A model generated the notes under the pieces. The model was not told where the DNA came from, ran no database searches, and saw only the letters and a list, made by a program, of their open reading frames with translations. A stretch of 64,000 bases of DNA from Eledone cirrhosa (taxonomy: Eukaryota). The position numbers and the translations under genes are program-made. Location: assembly GCA_964016885.1 (NCBI GenBank), contig OZ024743.1:244900001-244964000 (forward strand), written 5' to 3'. Shown here in pieces: positions 1 through 12,761 of this stretch (the stretch's first letter is position 1; each line of letters begins with the position of its first letter).

Positions 1-3000
1 TTGTTGGTGTAGTGGTGGTGGTGTGGTGTGGTAGTGGTGGTAGTAGTAGCAGCGTGTTGTTATAGTTGTTGTTGGTGTAGTAGTGGTGGTGTGGTGTGGT
101 AGTGGTGGTAGTAGTAGCAGCGTGTTGTTATAGTTGTTGTTGGTGTAGTGGTGGTGGTGTGGTGTGGTAGTGGCGGTAGTAGCGGCGTGTTGTTATAGTT
201 GTTGTTGGTGTAGTGGTGGTGGTGTGGTGTGGTAGTGGTGGTAGTAGTAGCGGCGTGATGTTATAGTTGTTGTTGGTGTAGTGGTGGTGGTGTGGTGTGG
301 TAGTGGCGGTGGTAGTAGCGGCGTGTTGTTATAGTTGTTGTTGGTGTAGTGGTGGTGGTGTGGTGTGGTAGTGGCGGTAGTAGCGGCGTGTTGTTATAGT
401 TGTTGTTGGTGTAGTAGTGGTGGTGTGGTGTGGTAGTGGCGGTAGTAGCGGCGTGTTGTTATAGTTGTTGTTGGTGTAGTAGTGGTGGTGTGGTGTGGTA
501 GTGGCGGTAGTAGTAGCGTGTTGTTATAGTTGTTGTTGGTGTAGTGGTGGTGGTGTGGTGTGGTAGTGGCGGTGGTAGTAGCGTGTTGTTATAGTTGTTG
601 TTGGTGTAGTAGTGGTGGTGTGGTGTGGTAGTGGTGGTGGTAGTAGCGGCGTGTTGTTATAGTTGTTGTTGGTGTAGTGGTGGTGGTGTGGTGTGGTAGT
701 GGCGGTGGTAGTAGCGTGTTGTTATAGTTGTTGTTGGTGTAGTAGTGGTGGTGTGGTGTGGTAGTGGTGGTGGTAGTAGCAGCGTGTTGTTATAGTTGTT
801 GTTGGTGTAGTGGTGGTGGTGTGGTGTGGTAGTGGCGGTGGTAGTAGCAGCGTGTTGTTATAGTTGTTGTTGGTGTAGTGGTGGTGGTGTGGTGTGGTAG
901 TGGCGGTGGTAGTAGCGTGTTGTTATAGTTGTTGTTGGTGTAGTAGTGGTGGTGTGGTGTGGTAGTGGTGGTGGTAGTAGCGGCGTGTTGTTATAGTTGT
1001 TGTTGGTGTAGTGGTGGTGGTGTGGTGTGGTAGTGGCGGTGGTAGTAGCGTGTTGTTATAGTTGTTGTTGGTGTAGTAGTGGTGGTGTGGTGTGGTAGTG
1101 GTGGTGGTAGTAGCAGCGTGTTGTTATAGTTGTTGTTGGTGTAGTGGTGGTGGTGTGGTGTGGTAGTGGCGGTAGTAGCGGCGTGTTGTTATAGTTGTTG
1201 TTGGTGTAGTAGTGGTGTGGTGTGGTAGTGGCGGTGGTAGTAGCGGCGTGTTGTTATAGTTGTTGTTGGTGTAGTAGTGGTGGTGTGGTGTGGTAGTGGT
1301 GGTGGTAGTAGCGGCGTGTTGTTATAGTTGTTGTTGGTGTAGTAGTGGTGGTGTGGTGTGGTAGTGGCGGTGGTAGTAGCGGCGTGTTGTTATAGTTGTT
1401 GTTGGTGTAGTGGTGGTGGTGTGGTGTGGTAGTGGTGGTGGTAGTAGCGGCGTGTTGTTATAGTTGTTGTTGGTGTAGTAGTGGTGGTGTGGTGTGGTAG
1501 TGGCGGTGGTAGTAGCGGCGTGTTGTTATAGTTGTTGTTGGTGTAGTAGTGGTGGTGTGGTGTAGTAGTGGTGGTGTGGTGTGGTAGTGGCGGTGGTAGT
1601 AGCGGCGTGTTGTTATAGTTGTTGTTGGTGTAGTAGTGGTGGTGTGGTGTGGTAGTGGCGGTGGTAGTAGCGGCGTGTTGTTATAGTTGTTGTTGGTGTA
1701 GTAGTGGTGGTGTGGTGTGGTAGTGGCGGTGGTAGTAGCGGCGTGTTGTTATAGTTGTTGTTGGTGTAGTAGTGGTGGTGTGGTGTGGTAGTGGCGGTGG
1801 TAGTAGCGGCGTGTTGTTATAGTTGTTGTTGGTGTAGTGGTGGTGGTGTGGTGTGGTAGTGGCGGTAGTAGCGGCGTGTTGTTATAGTTGTTGTTGGTGT
1901 AGTAGTGGTGGTGTGGTGTGGTAGTGGTGGCGGTAGTAGCGGCGTGTTGTTATAGTTGTTGTTGGTGTAGTAGTGGTGGTGTGGTGTGGTAGTGGTGGTG
2001 GTAGTAGCGGCGTGTTGTTATAGTTGTTGTTGGTGTAGTGGTGGTGGTGTGGTGTGGTAGTGGCGGTGGTAGTAGCGGCGTGTTGTTATAGTTGTTGTTG
2101 GTGTAGTGGTGGTGGTGTGGTGTGGTAGTGGTGGTGGTAGTAGCGGCGTGTTGTTATAGTTGTTGTTGGTGTAGTGGTGGTGGTGTGGTGTGGTAGTGGC
2201 GGTGGTAGTAGCGGCGTGTTGTTATAGTTGTTGTTGGTGTAGTAGTGGTGGTGTGGTGTGGTAGTGGCGGTGGTAGTAGCGGCGTGTTGTTATAGTTGTT
2301 GTTGGTGTAGTAGTGGTGGTGTGGTGTGGTAGTGGCGGTGGTAGTAGCGGCGTGTTGTTATAGTTGTTGTTGGTGTAGTAGTGGTGGTGTGGTGTGGTAG
2401 TGGCGGTGGTAGTAGCGGCGTGTTGTTATAGTTGTTGTTGGTGTAGTGGTGGTGGTGTGGTGTGGTAGTGGCGGGTAGTAGCGGCGTGTTGTTATAGTTG
2501 TTGTTGGTGTAGTAGTGGTGGTGTGGTGTGGTAGTGGTGGCGGTAGTAGCGGCGTGTTGTTATAGTTGTTGTTGGTGTAGTAGTGGTGGTGTGGTGTGGT
2601 AGTGGTGGTGGTAGTAGCGGCGTGTTGTTATAGTTGTTGTTGGTGTAGTGGTGGTGGTGTGGTGTGGTAGTGGCGGTGGTAGTAGCGGCGTGTTGTTATA
2701 GTTGTTGTTGGTGTAGTGGTGGTGGTGTGGTGTGGTAGTGGCGGTGGTAGTAGCGGCGTGTTGTTATAGTTGTTGTTGGTGTAGTGGTGGTGGTGTGGTG
2801 TGGTAGTGGCGGTGGTAGTAGCGGCGTGTTGTTATAGTTGTTGTTGGTGTAGTAGTGGTGGTGTGGTGTGGTAGTGGCGGTGGTAGTAGCAGCGTGTTGT
2901 TATAGTTGTTGTTGGTGTAGTAGTGGTGGTGTGGTGTGGTAGTGGCGGTGGTAGTAGCAGCGTGTTGTTATAGTTGTTGTTGGTGTAGTAGTGGTGGTGT

Positions 3001-6000
3001 GGTGTGGTAGTGGCGGTGGTAGTAGCAGCGTGTTGTTATAGTTGTTGTTGGTGTAGTGGTGGTGGTGGTGTGGTGTGGTAGTGGCGGTGGTAGTAGCGGC
3101 GTGTTGTTATAGTTGTTGTTGGTGTAGTAGTGGTGGTGTGGTGTGGTAGTGGCGGTGGTAGTAGCAGCGTGTTGTTATAGTTGTTGTTGGTGTAGTAGTG
3201 GTGGTGTGGTGTGGTAGTGGCGGTGGTAGTAGCAGCGTGTTGTTATAGTTGTTGTTGGTGTAGTGGTGGTGGTGGTGTGGTGTGGTAGTGGCGGTGGTAG
3301 TAGCGGCGTGTTGTTATAGTTGTTGTTGGTGTAGTGGTGGTGGTGGTGTGGTGTGGTAGTGGCGGTGGTAGTAGCGGCGTGTTGTTATAGTTGTTGTTGG
3401 TGTAGTGGTGGTGTGGTGTGGTGTGGTAGTGGCGGTGGTAGTAGCGGCGTGTTGTTATAGTTGTTGTTGGTGTAGTAGTGGTGGTGTGGTGTGGTAGTGG
3501 CGGTGGTAGTAGCAGCGTGTTGTTATAGTTGTTGTTGGTGTAGTAGTGGTGGTGGTGTGGTGTGGTAGTGGCGGTAGTAGCGGCGTGTTGTTATAGTTGT
3601 TGTTGGTGTAGTGGTGGTGGTGTGGTGTGGTAGTGGTGGTGGTAGTAGCAGCGTGTTGTTATAGTTGTTGTTGGTGTAGTAGTGGTGGTGTGGTGTGGTA
3701 GTGGCGGTGGTAGTAGCAGCGTGTTGTTATAGTTGTTGTTGGTGTAGTGGTGGTGGTGTGGTGTGGTAGTGGCGGTGGTAGTAGCGGCGTGTTGTTATAG
3801 TTGTTGTTGGTGTAGTAGTGGTGGTGGTGTGGTGTGGTAGTGGCGGTGGTAGTAGCGGCGTGTTGTTATAGTTGTTGTTGGTGTAGTGGTGGTGGTGTGG
3901 TGTGGTAGTGGTGGTGGTAGTAGCAGCGTGTTGTTATAGTTGTTGTTGGTGTAGTGGTGGTGGTGTGGTGTGGTAGTGGCGGTGGTAGTAGCGGCGTGTT
4001 GTTATAGTTGTTGTTGGTGTAGTAGTGGTGGTGTGGTGTAGTGGTGGCGGTGTGGTGTGGTAGTGGTGGTGGTAGTAGCGGCGTGTTGTTATAGTTGTTG
4101 TTGGTGTAGTAGTGGTGGTGGTGTGGTGTGGTAGTGGCGGTGGTAGTAGCAGCGTGTTGTTATAGTTGTTGTTGGTGTAGTAGTGGTGGTGTGGTGTGGT
4201 AGTGGTGGTGGTAGTAGCAGCGTGTTGTTATAGTTGTTGTTGGTGTAGTGGTGGTGGTGTGGTGTGGTAGTGGTGGTGGTAGTAGCAGCGTGTTGTTATA
4301 GTTGTTGTTGGTGTAGTGGTGGTGGTGTGGTGTGGTAGTGGTGGTGGTAGTAGCAGCGTGTTGTTATAGTTGTTGTTGGTGTAGTGGTGGTGGTGTGGTG
4401 TGGTAGTGGTGGTGGTAGTAGCGGCGTGTTGTTATAGTTGTTGTTGGTGTAGTGGTGGTGGTGTGGTGTGGTAGTGGTGGTGGTAGTAGCGGCGTGTTGT
4501 TATAGTTGTTGTTGGTGTAGTGGTGGTGGTGGTGTGGTGTGGTAGTGGTGGTGGTAGTAGCAGCGTGTTGTTATAGTTGTTGTTGGTGTAGTAGTGGTGG
4601 TGTGGTGTGGTAGTGGTGGTGGTAGTAGCGGCGTGTTGTTATAGTTGTTGTTGGTGTAGTGGTGGTGGTGGTGTGGTGTGGTAGTGGTGGTGGTAGTAGC
4701 GGCGTGTTGTTATAGTTGTTGTTGGTGTAGTGGTGGTGGTGGTGTGGTGTGGTAGTGGTGGTGGTAGTAGCAGCGTGTTGTTATAGTTGTTGTTGGTGTA
4801 GTGGTGGTGGTGGTGTGGTGTGGTAGTGGTGGTGGTAGTAGCGGCGTGTTGTTATAGTTGTTGTTGGTGTAGTGGTGGTGGTGGTGTGGTGTGGTAGTGG
4901 TGGTGGTAGTAGCAGCGTGTTGTTATAGTTGTTGTTGGTGTAGTGGTGGTGGTGGTGTGGTGTGGTAGTGGCGGTGGTAGTAGCGGCGTGTTGTTATAGT
5001 TGTTGTTGGTGTAGTAGTGGTGGTGTGGTGTGGTAGTGGTGGTGGTAGTAGCGGCGTGTTGTTATAGTTGTTGTTGGTGTAGTGGTGGTGGTGTGGTGTG
5101 GTAGTGGTGGTGGTAGTAGCAGCGTGTTGTTATAGTTGTTGTTGGTGTAGTGGTGGTGGTGGTGTGGTGTGGTAGTGGTGGTGGTAGTAGCGGCGTGTTG
5201 TTATAGTTGTTGTTGGTGTAGTGGTGGTGGTGGTGTGGTGTGGTAGTGGTGGTGGTAGTAGCAGCGTGTTGTTATAGTTGTTGTTGGTGTAGTGGTGGTG
5301 GTGTGGTGTGGTAGTGGTGGTGGTAGTAGCAGCGTGTTGTTATAGTTGTTGTTGGTGTAGTGGTGGTGGTGTGGTAGTGGCGATGGTAGTAGCGGCGTGT
5401 TGTTATAGTTGTTGTTGGTGTAGTAGTGGTGGTGTGGTAGTGGCGATGGTAGTAGCGGCGTGTTGTTATAGTTGTTGTTGGTGTAGTAGTGGTGGTGTGG
5501 TAGTGGCGATGGTAGTAGCGGCGTGTTGTTATAGTTGTTGTTGGTGTAGTGGTGGTGGTGGTGTGGTGTGGTAGTGGTGGTGGTAGTAGCAGCGTGTTGT
5601 TATAGTTGTTGTTGGTGTAGTAGTGGTGGTGTGGTGTAGTGGTGGTGGTGTGGTGTGGTAGTGGTGGTGGTAGTAGCAGCGTGTTGTTATAGTTGTTGTT
5701 GGTGTAGTGGTGGTGGTGGTGGTAGTAGCAGCGTGTTGTTATAGTTGTTGTTGGTGTAGTGGTGGTGGTGGTGTGGTGTGGTAGTGGTGGTGGTAGTAGC
5801 GGCGTGTTGTTATAGTTGTTGTTGGTGTAGTGGTGGTGGTGTGGTGTGGTAGTGGTGGTGGTAGTAGCAGCGTGTTGTTATAGTTGTTGTTGGTGTAGTG
5901 GTGGTGGTGGTGTGGTGTGGTAGTGGTGGTGGTAGTAGCGGCGTGTTGTTATAGTTGTTGTTGGTGTAGTGGTGGTGGTGGTGTGGTGTGGTAGTGGTGG

Positions 6001-6660
6001 TGGTAGTAGCAGCGTGTTGTTATAGTTGTTGTTGGTGTAGTAGTGGTGGTGTGGTGTAGTGGTGGTGGTGTGGTGTGGTAGTGGTGGTGGTAGTAGCAGC
6101 GTGTTGTTATAGTTGTTGTTGGTGTAGTGGTGGTGGTGGTGTGGTGTGGTAGTGGTGGTGGTAGTAGCAGCGTGTTGTTATAGTTGTTGTTGGTGTAGTA
6201 GTGGTGGTGTGGTGTAGTGGTGGTGGTGTGGTGTGGTAGTGGCGGTGGTAGTAGCGGCGTGTTGTTATAGTTGTTGTTGGTGTAGTGGTGTGGTGTAGTA
6301 GTGGTGGTGTGGTGTGGTAGTGGCGGTGGTAGTAGCGGCGTGTTGTTATAGTTGTTGTTGGTGTAGTGGTAGGGTGGTGTGGTGTAGTAGTGGCGGTGGT
6401 AGTAGCGGCGTGTTGTTATAGTTGTTGTTGGTGTAGTGGTAGGGTGGTGTGGTGTGGTAGTGGTGGTGGTAGTAGCGGCGTGTTGTTATAGTTGTTGTTG
6501 GTGTAGTGGTAGGGTGGTGTGGTGTAGTAGTGGCGGTGGTAGTAGCGGCGTGTTGTTATAGTTGTTGTTGGTGTAGTAGTGGTGGTGTGGTGTGGTAGTG
6601 GCGGTGGTAGTAGCGGCGTGTTGTTATAGTTGTTGTTGGTGTAGTGGTAGGGTGGTGTGG
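1..6660. repeat. GT-rich minisatellite array, ~65-71 bp unit (GCGTGTTGTTATAGTTGTTGTTGGTGTAGTRGTGGTGGTGTGGTGTGGTAGTGGYGGTGGTAGTAGCR), runs off the window start
   Basis: The anchor GCGTGTTGTTATAGTTGTTGTTGGTGTAG recurs every ~65-71 bp throughout. Units vary by GGT/AGT slippage. ORFs here are repeat translations. Confidence 0.97.
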
Positions 6661-6717
6661 TGTTTGTGATGAGGGATTGATTTTTATGGTGATGGTGGTG
6701 TTGTGCTTTAGCTGCTG

Positions 6718-7530
6718 GTGTTTTTGTTAGTGGTGGTGGTGGTGATATTGGTGGTGAGGGTGATGGTAAAGGTGGTGGTTGTGGTGTTGGTGGTAGTGGT
6801 GGTGGTGAGGGTGATGGTAAAGGTGGTGGTTGTGGTGTTGGTGGTAGTGATGGTGGTGAGGGTGATGGTAAAGGTGGTGGTTGTGGTGTTTTTGGTTGTG
6901 GTGGGGGTGAGGGTGATGGTAAAGGTGGTGGTTGTGGTGTTGGTGGTAGTGGTGGTGGTAAATGTGGTGGTTGTGGTGGGGGTGAGGGTGATGGTAAAGG
7001 TGGTGGTTGTGGTGTTGGTGGTAGTGGTGGTGGTGAGGGTGATGGTAAAGGTGGTGGTAAATGTGGTGGTTGTGGTGGGGGTGAGGGTGATGGTAAAGGT
7101 GGTGGTTGTGGTGTTGGTGGTAGTGGTGGTGGTGAGGGTGATGGTAAAGGTGGTGGTTGTGGTGGTGGTGGTAGTGGTGGGGGTGAGGGTGATGGTAAAG
7201 GTGGTGGTTGTGGTGTTGGTGGTCGTGGTGGTGGTGAGGGTGATGGTAAAGTTGGTGGTTGTGGTGTTTTTGGTTGTGGTAGTGGTGGTGATATTGGTGG
7301 TGAGGGTGATGGTAAAGTTGGTGGTTGTGGTGTTTTTGGTTGTGGTAGTGGTGGTGATATTGGTGGTGAGGGTGATGGTAAAGGTGGTGGTTGTGGTGGT
7401 GGTTGTGGTGGTGGTGGTGATATTGGTGTTGGTGTTAGTGTTGGTCGTCGTCGTGATGTTGGTGTTGGTGTTGGTGGTGATGGTGGTGGTGTTGTGGATG
7501 TTGTTGTTGGTAGTGGTGTTGGTTCTAGTA
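6718..7530. repeat. GGT-based minisatellite (~50-65 bp unit containing GGTGAGGGTGATGGTAAAGGTGGTGGTTGTGG)
   Basis: The motif recurs about 12 times directly after the first array and produces the poly-Pro/poly-Val ORFs. Confidence 0.9.
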
Positions 7531-7813
7531 GTTGTACTAATGTTGTTGGTAGTGTAGATATGATTGCAGAGGATGTGATGTTAATAGTGCATAAACACAT
7601 ATAACCATGCAATGGTTATATGTGTTTATGTGTGTGCGTACATGTGCATGTTCATATTTGTGAGTGTACGAGTGTGTGTATACATGTGCGTTTTTGTGTG
7701 TGTACTGTGTTGTGTGTGTATGTGTGTGAGTAGTTTACACATGTCCTGGTTTGCGTGTTCGGAAACAGTCAAGTGATCAAATATATACTCGTGCATAAAT
7801 ACTGTCCATATAG

Positions 7814-7919
7814 AAATAGTTGTTTCTACTTTTGGCACAAGGCCAGCAATTATTCTAGTGAATTACTGGTACTTTATTTTATCGACCCCATAAGGATGAA
7901 AGGCAAAGTTAACCTCGGC
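7814..7919 (-). mobile_element. tRNA-derived SINE (family A), 3' fragment
   Basis: Matches the central and tail part of the full copies at 30722-30913 and 44735-44926. Confidence 0.85.
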
Positions 7920-8159
7920 TTAGAAATTTTTTGAATAACAGTTTTTGAATAACACGAGTTTGAACATATGAAGTCGGAACAAAAATAGAAGCCATAACAT
8001 TCTTAACGTTCTGTTCCGCATGAAACCGCATCGCCTGATGTAAGGAAGAACATTTTAACCCCTTCCGTTATTATTCTTTTCTTGAGCTTTCTTCTCCTCT
8101 AGTGACCCTGCCGTTATACCACCTCCAAAACATCAACGTATATACGCATTTTTATACTA

Positions 8160-8422
8160 GGATCTTGAACATAATGTCGTGGGTTCGATTCCTGGGCTGG
8201 GTTGCGTGTTGTGTTCTTGAGCAAAACACTTCATTTCACGTTGCTCCAGTAAACTCAGCTGAAAATGAGTACCAACTATAGCTAGGGGGCTTAACCCTGC
8301 GATGAGCTGGCGTCCTGTCCGGGGGTGGAGTGGGGTGCCTTGTACAGCCAGTCGATTCACGCCATGAAACTGGGATAAACACTGACCTAACGAGCCTTCT
8401 GGCTTAAGCTAGACTTTAGACT
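8160..8422 (+). mobile_element. tRNA-derived SINE (family B) with CORE-like and V-domain-like segments
   Basis: B box GGTTCGATTCC, then GTGTTGTGTTCTTGAGCAAAACACTTCATTTCACGTTGCTCCAGT (CORE-like) and CCCTGCGATGAGCTGGCGTCCTGTCC (V-SINE-like). Domain names are from recall, not a search. Confidence 0.7.
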
Positions 8423-8568
8423 TAGTGGGGGAAACATTTGACAGTGTAAGCTATGAACCCACTGTACACAACTAATGGCTGTATCAGCCCACCAAAAATG
8501 GTAGTATCAGCAAACTGGAAGTCTCAATTTACGTATCTCTCATTGCTTATGCTGGTAGTTATCTCTAT

Positions 8569-8795
8569 ATCTAGGGCGGGTAAAATTCCCGAGATCCATG
8601 GACGAGTTCTCTCCAGCAGTCTCTGTCCCTCATTATCGCTGCCATATCCAGCGTCTCCAACAGACCAGTGTCTGTCCTTAGGGCATCAACATATGTTAAC
8701 CTTGGTCTTTCTCTTCCAGTGTGTCCATGCAGGAGCTCCCACAGTGTCAACTCTGGATGTCGGTGAGCATGTCCAGCTAACCTCAAGTTCCTCTG
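8569..8795 (-). mobile_element. RTE-type LINE 3' end fragment (inverted partner of 8925-9380)
   Basis: Encodes LRLAGHAHRHPEL...GRERPRLTYVDAL...ELVHGSREFYPP*, the same C-terminus as the plus-strand copy. Confidence 0.85.
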
Positions 8796-8924
8796 ACTGC
8801 TAGTTAATTGAATTAAAATAAAGACGCATGTTACATATGTCGTTATATTTACGTAGTTTCGGTTAAACCTTATATAGATTCTGTATAGATATAGGCATAA
8901 GTATACCTGTGTATACCTTCGTAA

Positions 8925-9380
8925 AGACCTGAAAATCAGCCTCTTCATTGCTGTAGTGGAGTCTGTGCTGCTGTATGGGTCTGAGACTTGGACACTGACC
9001 AAGAGACTCACTCAGATGGTGGATGGGTGCTACACGAGAATGCTGAGGATGGCTCTGAACATTAATCAGTATACACTGAGGGTGAAAAACTCAGAGCTGT
9101 ATGGGAGCCTCCCAAGAGTCAGCTCAAAAGTGACACAGAGGGGACTGTGGTTAGCTGGACATGATCACCGACATCCAGGGTTGACATTGCACTCAGTGTT
9201 CTTGTGGGAGCCCCTACATGGACACACTGGAAAAGGAAGACCAAGGTTAACGTATGTTGATACCCTAAGGACAGACACTGGTGTGTTGGAGACACAGGAC
9301 ATGGCAGCGATAATGAGGGACAGAGACCGCTGGAGAGAACTTGTCCATGGATCTCGGGAATTTTACCCGCCCTAGATACC
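8925..9380 (+). mobile_element. RTE-type LINE 3' end fragment (post-RT region)
   Basis: ESVLLYGSETWTLT...LAGHDHRH...GRPRLTYVD...DRDRWR motifs typical of the RTE ORF C-terminus. Confidence 0.88.
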
Positions 9381-9769
9381 TGTGTAGTTAAGAAGTTCAC
9401 TTCGTAACCATGTGATTTTAGGTTCAGCCTTACTGCGTAGCACCTTGGGCAAATGTCTTCTACAGTAATCTTGTAAATGTATGTGAGACTGTGTGGAAGC
9501 CTGTGTTTACTTTCATTGTTTGTTTGTTCCATAACATAGCAGTTCGACAAAATAAAATCGATAACATAAGTACCATTAAGAAAAGTGACAGTCCACTGCT
9601 TCTCATCTGCACATTAACTGATTGTTACCTTGGCAATTCTGCTAGTTTGTTTTGTTTTGTTTATATTATTGGTGGGGTGGAGGTGTTGGTGTCATACAGG
9701 TCATCACAAGTTCCTCGAACTGGTGTTCACGTTTTATTTCCATCATTTATATGTGTTTGAGAGAGGGGC

Positions 9770-10110
9770 TGGGTGTGTTAGAGAGAGGGTGAAAACAAGA
9801 GAGAGAGAGAGAAATTGTGAAGACAGGTGTGAGAGAAAAAGAGACTGTGAGAGAGAGTGAGTGAGAGAGAGAGAGAGAGAGAAACCGTATGCATGTGTGT
9901 GTGTGTGAGAGAGAGAGAGGGGGGAGAAGCCGTATGCATATGTGAGAGAGAGAGAGAGGGAGAAGCTGTATGCATATAAAAGAGAGAAAGGGACTGTGTA
10001 TGTAGGTGTGTATGTTGTAAGAGAGAAAGAGAGAGACTATGCATGTGTGAGAGAGAATGAGACTGTTTATGTAGGTGCGTAAACGCACGCGCGTGTGTGA
10101 GTGAGAGAAT
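9770..10110. repeat. (GA)n/(GT)n compound microsatellite
   Basis: Direct inspection. Confidence 0.85.
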
Positions 10111-10185
10111 GTGTAACTGTGTGCATGTGGGTGTGAGGGTGATTCGTATGACAGACTGTGTGTAGGAAAGAAAGAGTGAAAGAGA

Positions 10186-11527
10186 TTGTAGTTGTATGCT
10201 TTAGTTGTATGTCTAGTTGTATGTTAGTTGTATGTGTTAGTTGTGTGTCTAGTTGTATGTGTTAGTTGTGTGTCTAGTTGTATGTGTTAGTTGTGTGTTA
10301 GTTGTATGTCTAGTTGTATGTTAGTTGTATGTCTAGTTGTATGTGTTAGTTGTATGTGTTAGTTGTATGTCTAGTTGTATGTTCGTTGTATGTTCGTTGT
10401 ATGTGTTAGTTGTATGTCTAGTTGTATGTGTTAGTTGTATGTTAGTTGTATGTTAGTTGTATGTGTTAGTTGTATGTTAGTTGTATGTCTAGTTGTATGT
10501 CTAGTTGTATGTGTAGTTGTATGTTAGTTGTATGTCTAGTTGTATGTTAGTTGTATGTGTAGTTGTATGTCTAGTTGTATGTTAGTTGTATGTCTAGTTG
10601 TATGTTAGTTGTATGTGTAGTTGTATGTGTAGTTGTATGTCTAGTTGTATGTCTAGTTGTATGTCTAGTTGTATGTCTAGTTGTATGTTAGTTGTATGTG
10701 TAGTTGTATGTCTAGTTGTATGTCTAGTTGTATGTCTAGTTGTATGTTAGTTGTATGTGTAGTTGTATGTGTAGTTGTATGTGTTACTTGTATGTGTAGT
10801 TGTATGTGTAGTTGTATGTCTAGTTGTATGTGTAGTTGTATGTGTTAGTTGTATGTCTAGTTGTATGTGTAGTTGTATGTCTAGTTGTATGTGTAGTTGT
10901 ATGTTAGTTGTATGTTAGTTGTATGTGTAGTTGTATGTCTAGTTGTATGTCTAGTTGTATGTTAGTTGTATGTGTAGTTGTATGTCTAGTTGTATGTGTA
11001 GTTGTATGTTAGTTGTATGTGTAGTTGTATGTGTAGTTGTATGTGTAGTTGTATGTCTAGTTGTATGTGTAGTTGTATGTTAGTTGTATGTGTAGTTGTA
11101 TGTGTTAGTTGTATGTTAGTTGTATGTGTAGTTGTATGTGTTAGTTGTATGTCTAGTTGTATGTGTAGTTGTATGTGTTAGTTGTATGTTAGTTGTATGT
11201 GTAGTTGTATGTCTAGTTGTATGTCTAGTTGTATGTTAGTTGTATGTGTAGTTGTATGTGTTAGTTGTATGTTAGTTGTATGTGTAGTTGTATGTGTTAG
11301 TTGTATGTCTAGTTGTATGTGTAGTTGTATGTGTTAGTTGTATGTTAGTTGTATGTGTAGTTGTATGTGTTAGTTGTATGTTAGTTGTATGTGTAGTTGT
11401 ATGTGTTAGTTGTATGTTAGTTGTATGTGTAGTTGTATATGTTAGTTGTATGTTAGTTGTATGTGTAGTTGTATGTGTTAGTTGTATGTTAGTTGTATGT
11501 TAGTTGTATGTGTTAGTTGTATGTGTT
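10186..11527. repeat. Tandem array of 11-13 bp units TAGTTGTATG(T/TC/TG/TGT)
   Basis: More than 100 consecutive copies of TAGTTGTATG with 1-3 nt spacers. Confidence 0.97.
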
Positions 11528-11595
11528 CGTTCTTATAATGATATTCATTTTCAATTCAATTTTATTTTTCACATATATTTTCCCGTTTCTTTCAG

Positions 11596-11835
11596 ATCTA
11601 CTGGGTTGGAGACTTGCTGGGTGCCGTGGTCGGAACTCTATTGTACGATAAGGTGTTTTCAAGCAACTCGGATGAGAAATGCCACCTTCGAAGTTGTTGT
11701 CTCGGAGTTCGATCACCAAATGAGAAGAGCGAACCGATTATGTTTGATGAATTAGAAACAAAATCAGGCGGGAAGATGTATACGGCGCTTCCTGGTGAAA
11801 AACCTAAAGATGCAAGTGAAATTACGATTATGTAA
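11596..11835 (+). CDS. AQP: Terminal coding exon of an aquaporin (MIP family; TM6 plus cytoplasmic tail); upstream exons not found in the window
   Basis: Polypyrimidine tract and acceptor TTTTCCCGTTTCTTTCAG| precede phase-0 IYWVGDLLGAVVGTLLYDKVFSSNSDEK...ITIM*. This matches the aquaporin TM6 pattern IYWVGPxxGAxxxxxLYxxxF, and the intron position before IYWVG is the one conserved in classical animal aquaporins. Confidence 0.85.
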   Translation: MYWVGDLLGAVVGTLLYDKVFSSNSDEKCHLRSCCLGVRSPNEKSEPIMFDELETKSGGKMYTALPGEKPKDASEITIM

Positions 11836-12761
11836 ATGATGCAGGCTATAGAGATAACGAAAATTCTATTTAGTTTTCGAAAGTGAGCTTGTACGTTTGA
11901 ATAGATATGACGTATTTATCTACTTTTAACGAATTTTTAGAGACTGAAGGGTGACAAAGGTGATATGTATGTATGTATGCATGTATGTGTGTGTGTATGT
12001 ATGTATGTATGCATGTATGCATGCATGTACGTATGTATGTATCCATGTTTGCATGTGTTACATACAATAACGACATTATACAACATATATTGGCTACCGT
12101 TTGGTTTCCTACTTTAAAAGGTCAATTTATATAATATATACATAAATTATATATCTGTTCAGTAGTCCTCAGTTCATTGACTTTACATGATCTAACGTCT
12201 CCTGAACAGGTAAGATTTACCTGGAAGTCAATATGTGTTGTATAGTATCGATAGTATATAATAAATATATAGCTCTTCTACGGTGTATAGAGCCCTCCAA
12301 CCACTTGTTGATTATTACTTCTATGTGTGTGCGTATATGTAGTGTGTGTGTGTGTATGTATATTTGTATGTATGTGTGTGTAGTGTGTATGTATGTATGT
12401 GTGCGCATGCATGTATGTATGAATGTATGTATATGTATTCATATATGTATGGGTATGTGCATATGAATCAGTGAATGAATATTATATACAGTATTTATAT
12501 AAAATGTAATCTTCAAGAGATGTAGAAATGTTTTACGATTAAATATAAATTTTATAACAATGATAATAATGATTTCTTAAATTACTTTCAATAATGCATA
12601 TGATGATGATGTTGTTGCTGTTGTTGTTGTTGTTGATGATGATGCTGATACACAGCTTAGATAGAGAGCTAGATGAATACACATACAAACATACATATAT
12701 GTATACATACATACACACATTGTACAAACATACATAAATGCATACATACATACATATATAC

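Noticed and set aside
5308-5574. Cys-rich ORF resembling a metallothionein or keratin-associated protein
   Set aside because: A chance open frame in three shortened satellite units.
6416-7612. 398 aa Pro-rich extensin-like ORF and the antisense 279 aa Val-rich ORF
   Set aside because: Both are translations of a GGT minisatellite, with no unique domain or splice evidence.
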